Positions 56,881 to 64,000 of a DNA stretch of 64,000 nucleotides are shown here, piece after piece. Location: positions 576,001-640,000 of the forward strand of contig JBPOGH010000001.1 of assembly GCA_051252135.1 (NCBI GenBank). Reading direction: 5' to 3'. The translations under genes were made by a program, and so were the position numbers. The notes below the pieces were generated by a model, which saw nothing but the letters and a program-made list of their open reading frames with translations, did not search any database and had not been told where the DNA came from. The first letter of the stretch is position 1; every line of letters begins with the position of its first letter. This DNA comes from Verrucomicrobiaceae bacterium. Its GTDB lineage: Bacteria > Verrucomicrobiota > Verrucomicrobiia > Verrucomicrobiales > Akkermansiaceae.

Positions 56881-58587
56881 TTATAAAACAACCTTCGCGG
56901 CGGCTTCTTCAAGGGTCGTAAGCCCCATCTGGGCCTTGATCGCGGCGTCATCACGCATGGTCGTAAAATTCCCTTCCGCCCGGGCTGCTGCAAGGAGTTC
57001 GCCTTCGGTGGCGCTTGCAGTGATCAGCTCTTGAATCTTTTCCCCAATGACCAGCACCTCATACACCCCGACACGGCCACGATAGCCCGTATCGCGACAA
57101 CGGGAGCAACCTTTTGCTTTCAGAAACTTGGATTCGGGATCGGGGCTCAGTCCCCAGAAGTTCATGACTTCGGGAGGAGGCGTCCAAGGCTCGGCGCAGA
57201 CGTCGCAGACGCGGCGTAAGAGACGTTGCCCGATGACGCAGGCAATTGTTGAAGAGATCAGGAAGGGCTCGATGCCCATATCAACGAGACGGGCAACAGT
57301 GCCAATCGCCGTATTGGTGTGGATGGTGCTCAGCACGAGGTGGCCGGTCAAAGCAGCCTGGATCCCGATGAGGGCGGTCTCACCATCCCGGATCTCTCCG
57401 ATCATGGCAATATCCGGGTCCTGACGCAGAATGGCTTTGAGACTGCTGGCAAAGGACATTCCGGCCCGAATGTTGAGCTCGACCTGGCGGATGCGGGGAA
57501 TCTGGTATTCGACAGGGTCCTCCACCGTGATGATATTCACCTCCGGGCGATTGAGCATCCCGAGGACGGAATAAAGCGTTGTCGTTTTTCCGCTCCCGGT
57601 CGGGCCTGTATTGAGGATCATGCCGTGCGGCCGATGGATTGTCTCCTCAATCTTGCTGATGTCGCTCTCGCGCATGCCGAGCTGATCGAGCTTAAACACG
57701 AGCGAGTTCATGTCGAGAAGACGCATAACGACGTTCTCGCCGTGGACGGTGGGCATCGCTGAAACCCGGACATTGATTTCCCGACCGCTGACTCTGGCAC
57801 TGAATCTTCCATCCTGCGGGACGCGCGTCACCGAGATATCCATCCGTCCAAGAATCTTCAAGCGGGAGACGATTGAATTCAGCAGCGACTTGGGAATCGA
57901 CGGGAGGTCCTTTAGATTTCCATCGACCCGGAGCCGGACTTGGACATGAGTCTTCTCCGGGCAGACGTGTACGTCACTCGCCCCTTCTCGAACAGCACGC
58001 GTAATGATCCAATCGACAGTATGCACGGCGGTTGCGCCCTCCGCCATGTCCTTCAAGGCCTTTACTTGTGACGCTTCGCCTTCTTCGCTTTCCTCCTCGT
58101 CGTCCTTCTTCGAACCGTAATAAACCTCCTCAACATCTTCCAGTTGCGAGCCGACCCCGGAAGCAAGACCGTAGAGGCTGTTCATGAGCTCGTTGAACTC
58201 GGTCTCGGTGCAAATAACGGGCTCCAGCTCCATCTTGATCTGGCGCTGCACCGTATCCATCTCCAGCACCTCGGTGGGATAGGGCATCGCGACGTGGAGC
58301 AAGCTTCCCTCGCGCCGCAGCGGAATCATGCGATGCTTACCGGCCATGGACGCGGGTATGATCTCCGTGAGTTCCGGAAACAGAGGATAACGCTCTGGTT
58401 CGTATTTTGGAATATGCAAGCGATTGCTAAGAACACTGACCATGTCAGTGTCCGCAACCATTCCTTCGCGAAGGATATACTCTTCTACCTTGAGACCCGG
58501 AGGTCTGGTGGTACTTTCCACCTTTTCAAACTGCTCCTCGGTGAGGTAACCCTCCTCAAGAAGCATTTTTTCGAGCCTAATATTCAT
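56881..58587 (-). CDS. pilB: Assembly ATPase PilB/GspE
   Basis: 'ASDVHV...RLRVDG...PQDGR...TGPTGSGKTTTLY...LRQDPD...GEIRD...GCSRCRDTGYRGR'. Confidence 0.94.
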   Translation of the reverse strand: MNIRLEKMLLEEGYLTEEQFEKVESTTRPPGLKVEEYILREGMVADTDMVSVLSNRLHIPKYEPERYPLFPELTEIIPASMAGKHRMIPLRREGSLLHVAMPYPTEVLEMDTVQRQIKMELEPVICTETEFNELMNSLYGLASGVGSQLEDVEEVYYGSKKDDEEESEEGEASQVKALKDMAEGATAVHTVDWIITRAVREGASDVHVCPEKTHVQVRLRVDGNLKDLPSIPKSLLNSIVSRLKILGRMDISVTRVPQDGRFSARVSGREINVRVSAMPTVHGENVVMRLLDMNSLVFKLDQLGMRESDISKIEETIHRPHGMILNTGPTGSGKTTTLYSVLGMLNRPEVNIITVEDPVEYQIPRIRQVELNIRAGMSFASSLKAILRQDPDIAMIGEIRDGETALIGIQAALTGHLVLSTIHTNTAIGTVARLVDMGIEPFLISSTIACVIGQRLLRRVCDVCAEPWTPPPEVMNFWGLSPDPESKFLKAKGCSRCRDTGYRGRVGVYEVLVIGEKIQELITASATEGELLAAARAEGNFTTMRDDAAIKAQMGLTTLEEAAAKVVL

Positions 58588-58603
58588 CGTTGGGAACCTC
58601 CGC

Positions 58604-60223
58604 TTACTTGCCTTCGAGCCTCATTGGCTTCGCGCCCCGGGGAAGAATGTGAGGGGTGATGAAAATCAAGGTGTCGCTGAAAGAGTTCCGATCCGAGCTA
58701 TTGCGGAACATCCCGCCCAAGCCTGGAAGATTCTTGAGGATGGGAATCCCCTCTTCCTGACGGCTTGTGCTTTCAGAGGAAAGTCCGCCGATCACGGTCG
58801 TTTGACCGGTGGCCAGATAGAGGGACGTAATAGCTGAACGCGTGAGGATCGGAGTTTGAACATTTCCATCAACTACGATCGACCGGGTGTCATCGAATTC
58901 GTCCTTGGTGGTGTTGATATCAAGCTTGACCCAACTCGTGTCAATGACGTGTGGAGTGACCTCCAGCCGCAATGCGGCCTTTTTAAATTCGACCTGGGCG
59001 ACGGCGGCAACACCACTTCCTGCAGAGGAAGAGAATGGTCTTTCCTCACCGCTTTCAATGGTCGCCGTCAACTGATCAAGTGTTGTAATCGAGGGTCGGG
59101 AGACGATGTTGAGTCGACCGTCTTTTTGAAGAGCGGAAAGTTGGGCTTGGAGGAGTTGAGTTCCCCGGATGCGACTTGCCCCGTAGAGGAAACCACTCCC
59201 ATCGGGAGAAAACCCGGCAGGAAAGTTGGAATTGAAACCGTTCCCGTTGGGCGTGATGCCTGTGGTAATTTCTCCGTTGCTGGATACATCGAAGACTCCC
59301 CACTGGACGCCGAGCTGACGGGCGACTTCGTTGCTCGCTTGCACAATGCTGGCTTCGATCAGAATTTGATAAGCCGGTTGGTCCAACCCCTGAATCAGCC
59401 TGCGCGCTTGGGCGATATCGGAAGGGACACCATGGATGATCACTTGGCCGGTGTCTTTGGCCGCTTTGATCGTAAAGCGAGGAGCTTCATCTTCATCAAC
59501 GCCCGGCTCGGCCGATGGATTCTGGTCTGCGACGACGGCAAGCATCGTTGCACTGACCGATGCAGCCAGATTATCGATATCCGCATAGTGGATACGGATC
59601 ATTTCGACAACCATCGGCTCGGAACGCTTCCTCTTCTCAGCCACTTGAAGCTGCTCGTGCAGCGCTTGCTCCATCGCAATTTTACCTTGGATATCTTGAA
59701 CCGAGAAGAGACTAAGGAGATCGTCTTTGAAATTATAGTGGATTCCACGCGCTTCGGTAATGGCCAAAAAGAGGTGATCCCATCGGGTCTCGTGCCGCAG
59801 GCTCACATGAACCGGGCCCTTGACGTTATTGCTAATGATCACATTCAAATCAGCGGCGTCAGCGAGGGTGCGCAAAAGGACTCCAACATCCATCTCACGG
59901 CTGAGTTCCATATTCTTAATCGAAATCTGGGGAAGCGGATCCGGCTGTGATGATTCGTGAATGGCTATTGCTTCTCCGTGAAAATCACGCATCGAGGAAA
60001 AGTCCGGGGCAGGCGGCGCAGTCATGACCGAGTCCGCAGCTGCTTGCTTCCATGCCCTGTAGGTAGGATCATCACCTGCTGCATCCGTCGATTCGTCCAA
60101 CGGGAAGCTGCAGCCACCGATCATGATACTGGCCCCAAGCACCATGCACAGCTTACAAACAAGTTTGTGAGGCGCGTAGCGATTAAATTGCTGATCAGGA
60201 ATATTTGTCCTTGGTTGTTTCAT
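58604..60223 (-). CDS. pilQ: Type IV pilus secretin (possible lipoprotein)
   Basis: 'LDQPAYQILIEASIV...LGVQWG...LEVTPHV...GIPILKNLPGLGGMF...LIFITPHI'; lipobox-like 'IGGC'. Confidence 0.88.
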   Translation of the reverse strand: MKQPRTNIPDQQFNRYAPHKLVCKLCMVLGASIMIGGCSFPLDESTDAAGDDPTYRAWKQAAADSVMTAPPAPDFSSMRDFHGEAIAIHESSQPDPLPQISIKNMELSREMDVGVLLRTLADAADLNVIISNNVKGPVHVSLRHETRWDHLFLAITEARGIHYNFKDDLLSLFSVQDIQGKIAMEQALHEQLQVAEKRKRSEPMVVEMIRIHYADIDNLAASVSATMLAVVADQNPSAEPGVDEDEAPRFTIKAAKDTGQVIIHGVPSDIAQARRLIQGLDQPAYQILIEASIVQASNEVARQLGVQWGVFDVSSNGEITTGITPNGNGFNSNFPAGFSPDGSGFLYGASRIRGTQLLQAQLSALQKDGRLNIVSRPSITTLDQLTATIESGEERPFSSSAGSGVAAVAQVEFKKAALRLEVTPHVIDTSWVKLDINTTKDEFDDTRSIVVDGNVQTPILTRSAITSLYLATGQTTVIGGLSSESTSRQEEGIPILKNLPGLGGMFRNSSDRNSFSDTLIFITPHILPRGAKPMRLEGK

Positions 60224-60750
60224 TGCGTTTCTCCTTTGCTCTGCTGTTTCCCGGTAAGTTGCGGTTTCTCAAGTGGCACATTGACCGGGTCTGTTGCTCC
60301 ACGGCGAAGCAGTTCAATATGGTCAGAGTGAATTTGAGACACCTGAAATTCTCCCCCTTCGATCATTTCGCCAGCCCGGTAGTCTTGGCCGTCAATAATC
60401 GCGATCACCTTGCCTCCTATATTGAGGTAACCAACGTACTCGGGGAGGGGCACGACAAACTCAGCGAGGGGCGCTGAAAGGTCTTTCTGCTCTTCCAGTA
60501 CGAGTGGCCGATCACGAAGTGGATTCCGGACCCATTCTGTCGTGGCGGCCGCCAGAACACGCTTTTCACGATTCGTTGACTCCCCCTCTTTGAGATTTTG
60601 CTGCACCTTGGCAACCAAGGCGGGAAAATCGATAGGCGTCCGCGTGGACGCAGCCGCTGGCGGACTCAACAAGGCGGGTGCATAGACAATCACTGCGCCA
60701 ATTGCAGAGACTCCCACGAGGCCGAGTAGTATTTTTTCCCGGAGTATCAT
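60220..60750 (-). CDS. PilP-like assembly protein
   Basis: N-terminal TM, 'WVRNPL...YVGYL...AIIDG..Y..GE...V.QI..DHI'; lies between pilO and pilQ. Confidence 0.65.
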   Translation of the reverse strand: MILREKILLGLVGVSAIGAVIVYAPALLSPPAAASTRTPIDFPALVAKVQQNLKEGESTNREKRVLAAATTEWVRNPLRDRPLVLEEQKDLSAPLAEFVVPLPEYVGYLNIGGKVIAIIDGQDYRAGEMIEGGEFQVSQIHSDHIELLRRGATDPVNVPLEKPQLTGKQQSKGETQ

Positions 60751-61280
60751 TGGATGGCTAGCCAGATTGAAAGGTTCATCTCGTGCCCCATATCGGTCAC
60801 GTCGATTGCCAGGGACTCGATGGAATCAACGGATGTCATCTCATTGAGTCGATTGAGAAGCTTGTTGAACTTGGGAAACTCCCCACGCATGCGCGCATCG
60901 ACCCTCAACATTTCACGACCACCCTGGAGAGATCGGACCTGAGGCGTCACCGAGACGAGATCGACATTGGACTCACGCGCCAATGTTTCAAATACGTCCG
61001 GCAACTCGGCCAGATCCTCGACCTTGAGCGGCTGAAGTTCGTTGACAGAAATTCCCTCGGGGAACGGTTCCTGCTTGCGCCGCTGCAGGGGAACGTAAAT
61101 TGGAATAAAGGCTTTTTGGTCCTTAATGTCAGCTTGCAGCTCTACGATGGAGGCCCGTGTCCTGGCGATACCTTGGGTGGTGGGGAGCACACCAAACGAA
61201 ACAATCCCCAGCAATCCCATTGTCAGGATCGCTGGAAGTGCCAGCTTCCCTCCGGTTGATGTCCTTACGTATCGTCCCAT
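60747..61280 (-). CDS. PilO-like assembly protein
   Basis: TM helix, coiled coil, 'LVSVTP...RMRGEF..F..LL..L'. Confidence 0.7.
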   Translation of the reverse strand: MGRYVRTSTGGKLALPAILTMGLLGIVSFGVLPTTQGIARTRASIVELQADIKDQKAFIPIYVPLQRRKQEPFPEGISVNELQPLKVEDLAELPDVFETLARESNVDLVSVTPQVRSLQGGREMLRVDARMRGEFPKFNKLLNRLNEMTSVDSIESLAIDVTDMGHEMNLSIWLAIQ

Positions 61281-61285
61281 TGTCT

Positions 61286-63058
61286 TTATTTCTTTGTGAT
61301 GACCTCGATCTCCGCAATGGTTTCCACGTTCAAGGTAAAGATGAGATGCAGCTCGCCCGAACTTTGAACGACTTCTGTCGAGGCAACCTCGACCTTATTA
61401 AACAGATGCGACTGGTCCAAGCGTGCAATATAGATGGTAAGAGATGTCTCCAGCGAAGTGCGCACTCCCGTGACAACTCCTTTCAAAAGCAGAGTCCCCT
61501 TCCGATCCGCTACCGTTTTATCGGAACCACTCTTGGCACTCTTTGCTGAGGAATCCAAAAACGTGATGGTGCTGCCCATCGCCGCGGAAATATGCAGCAG
61601 CGATATATTCTCAGGGGTAAGTCTTGTGATTTCCGAAAGCAACGCAAGCCCCTCGTATCGGTTGGTCGCCGCCCTCCGCTGCTCTTCGAGCAATCGCACC
61701 TCCTCGTTGGCTTCCGTAATGATGGCCTCGGTCAGTCGGGGTCCTAAGTCATTGAGACTCTCCTCAAGCTCCTCCCGATCGGCTACCAAACCGCGCAACT
61801 CCAAACGTTGAGTGTTATAAAATAAAGCGGCCAACAATGCCAGCAATATCAGGAGCACGGAAGCCACCATTGCGAGCTTATTTTGCCTGCCCTCGTTCTG
61901 ACGATCCTTATAGGTATGGGCGAGATTGATTCCAATCTGACTTCCCTCGAGCGCCAAACCGAAAGCCGGGCCAAAGGCAATCCGATCTACTTTATCACCC
62001 GGAAGGGAGGACTTCGCTTGCAACTCCGGCGTGTCAAAAGGATCGAGCGCAACCACCTTGGGCAAGAGTTTCTCGGAGATAAAATCAAACAACTTCCCTC
62101 TCGCCCCAATCTCTCCACCAAGGAAAATCGTCTCCATTGGCTCAGTGTCGAAATTACTTTGGTAATACTCGATCGTTCGCTCGATTTGCCGGACAGTGCG
62201 CTCCAGAACCGGACGAAGCAAAGTGAAAGCCTTCTCATGCTCTCCGCGCTCATCCGGGGTAAACGGCGCCTCGTCACGACCGAGATTAAGAATAATGTTA
62301 CAAGCCTCTTTCTGGTTCAGTGTCGAATCAGGTTCCTTGACAATCGACTCCGCGAGACTTTCGAGTCCCAACGGAATATTTCGCGTGAAAACAAGTCGCC
62401 CTTCGAGGAGAACGCTCACACTTGTGGAGAGCTGTCCCATCTGGCAGAGCAATTTCGGTGCCGTCCCGCCCCCTTCCCCACGAAGCTTAACGAGATTGCG
62501 CAAAGCCAAGAGAGGCAGCCCGATTCCGGTCAATGGATAACCCGCTTCAGAAAACGCCTTCTGGATATCCTCGACACATTCCCGGTCAACGAGCGCACCG
62601 GTGATGTTCAGAATAGCATCGGATTCTTCTCCCTCCTCAATCTGAAAATCTACTACCGTCTCATTCTCGAGAAATGAGTCTTCGCGTTGAAGCTTCCAAA
62701 ACACCGCCCCCGAAAGCTGGGCCGGACTCACTCTCGGGATTTTAAGGTGATGAAGGCGAGCTCGATCCAGCTTGGGAGCAGCCCAGATCGCAAACTCCTT
62801 CAACGAACCGCAAAACTCTTTCAATGCCGCCTTTAAGATCGAAGAAAACGCGGAGGTTCCCGGCGTTAAATTCGGATCGAACTCGAATGCCCGACATTTC
62901 TCGAAAAACACTTCCCCGTCAGCGAGCATTTTCAGCTGTACCATATAGATGGTATTATGTCCGATCTCGACCCCCACAGTCGTGTTTGGACGCGCGAAGC
63001 GCCTGGAGGTTTTCGCCGAATTTCGTTTTGAAATAGCCGGGCTACTGGGTTCAGTCAT
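61286..63058 (-). CDS. PilM-PilN fusion protein
   Basis: Actin-like PilM region ('VGVEIG', 'LVFTRNIPLG', 'QIERTIEYYQ', 'IFLGG') followed by 'INL', TM and PilN ('LLSEITRLTPENISL...LKG'). Confidence 0.82.
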   Translation of the reverse strand: MTEPSSPAISKRNSAKTSRRFARPNTTVGVEIGHNTIYMVQLKMLADGEVFFEKCRAFEFDPNLTPGTSAFSSILKAALKEFCGSLKEFAIWAAPKLDRARLHHLKIPRVSPAQLSGAVFWKLQREDSFLENETVVDFQIEEGEESDAILNITGALVDRECVEDIQKAFSEAGYPLTGIGLPLLALRNLVKLRGEGGGTAPKLLCQMGQLSTSVSVLLEGRLVFTRNIPLGLESLAESIVKEPDSTLNQKEACNIILNLGRDEAPFTPDERGEHEKAFTLLRPVLERTVRQIERTIEYYQSNFDTEPMETIFLGGEIGARGKLFDFISEKLLPKVVALDPFDTPELQAKSSLPGDKVDRIAFGPAFGLALEGSQIGINLAHTYKDRQNEGRQNKLAMVASVLLILLALLAALFYNTQRLELRGLVADREELEESLNDLGPRLTEAIITEANEEVRLLEEQRRAATNRYEGLALLSEITRLTPENISLLHISAAMGSTITFLDSSAKSAKSGSDKTVADRKGTLLLKGVVTGVRTSLETSLTIYIARLDQSHLFNKVEVASTEVVQSSGELHLIFTLNVETIAEIEVITKK

Positions 63059-63501
63059 TCTGGGTGTTTAGACGTAATTACCTGATGGAGACGAGATTGC
63101 AAAGGGAATTCCTTCTGGAGCAACGCTCCTGAAACCGCCATTGAATTGAGTTACCTATAATTAAAGATGCCATCACCGCTCTTTATGAAGATTATTTAAA
63201 ATAACCGTTAATATTACTCACTTTTTTTAGTTTTTAATAAAAACCCCATAACCTACAGGTAGATTAATCCAAAAATCTAATCATTCCGAAAATAGCCCCC
63301 ATCGATTCGTCCTCATCAACCTTGCTTGCCACAATCCCGAACAGCTGCAGCATTCGCGCACTGCTCGGAAAATCCTGCGAGATAGGGTGAAATCTCCCCC
63401 TCTCCTATGACCTCTTGCTCGAACGGCTGTTTAACTCCGTTTTTGGGAGTGATTCCCCCCTCCTCAAGATGCACCATCCAAGAAACCACCGAACCGACCT
63501 C

Positions 63502-64000
63502 ATGATTAAAGAAGCCCTCACCATTTTCTCGGCCTTGACCTTCGGCTGTTCAGCCGCCGATCACCCTAACATCATTTTCATGTTCTCGGACGATCACGCC
63601 GAGCACGCCATTTCCGCTTACGGCTCCAAGGTAAACCAAACCCCTCACCTCGACCGCCTCGCCTCCGATGGCGCCCGCTTCACCAACTCCTTCGTAACCA
63701 ACTCCATCTGCACTCCCAGCCGCGCCACCCTCCTCACCGGTCAATACTCCCACCTCAACGGAGTCCCGGTATTCAATCAATTCGACCCCTCACGTGACAC
63801 CGTCGCCAAGCACATGCAACAAGGCGGTTACCACACCGGCATGATCGGAAAATGGCACCTCGGCAGCGACCCCGTCGGCTTCGACCGCTGGATCGTTCTC
63901 CCGGGACAAGGCGCCTACTGGAACCCCACCTTCCTCACAAAAGCCCAAAAATTTACCATCGAGGGCCACTGCACCGACATCACCGGCGACCTCGGAGTCG
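63502..64000 (+). CDS. Formylglycine-dependent sulfatase, 3' partial
   Basis: Manual translation: MIKEALTIFSALTFGCSAADHPNIIFMFSDDH...TPHLDRLA...NSICTPSRATLLTG...GKWHL. Confidence 0.92.
   Translation, partial: MIKEALTIFSALTFGCSAADHPNIIFMFSDDHAEHAISAYGSKVNQTPHLDRLASDGARFTNSFVTNSICTPSRATLLTGQYSHLNGVPVFNQFDPSRDTVAKHMQQGGYHTGMIGKWHLGSDPVGFDRWIVLPGQGAYWNPTFLTKAQKFTIEGHCTDITGDLGV

Overview
Bacterial window, most likely Verrucomicrobia (inferred from PEP-CTERM proteins, ECF sigma/FecR pairs, sulfatases, and CotH/lamin-tail and ASPIC/UnbV proteins). Layout from left to right: (1) core genes batD-like, rex, acpH, DUF5069, a NUDIX-like gene and a TPR gene; (2) a type II secretion cluster gspG-H-I-J-K-L-M-?-D with no gspE/F/O; (3) a degenerate agmatinase, yraN and rnhB; (4) a first XylR + ECF sigma + FecR cassette with a PEP-CTERM protein, a beta-strand-repeat passenger, a DUF5060 hydrolase and a sulfatase; (5) tRNA-Thr(CGT); (6) a second ECF + FecR + XylR cassette followed by two PEP-CTERM genes and large secreted proteins; (7) prepilin peptidase and a complete, compositionally distinct type IV pilus cluster; (8) a partial sulfatase. 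Top observations: an FG-GAP/ASPIC-redoxin-TPR gene interrupted by one in-frame UGA followed by a SECIS-like hairpin (candidate ~1216-aa selenoprotein); a shared ~75-aa C-terminal domain on five secreted proteins plus one fragment, which behaves like an alternative to PEP-CTERM (candidate sorting signal); a bipartite promoter motif TGCTAAG-N15/16-GN[GA]AT before five genes around the first ECF sigma; a 36-bp box 88 nt upstream of both tandem PEP-CTERM genes; and an anti-sigma whose sensor domains match the domain displayed by neighbouring surface proteins. All family calls come from motif recognition by eye; no database searches were run.
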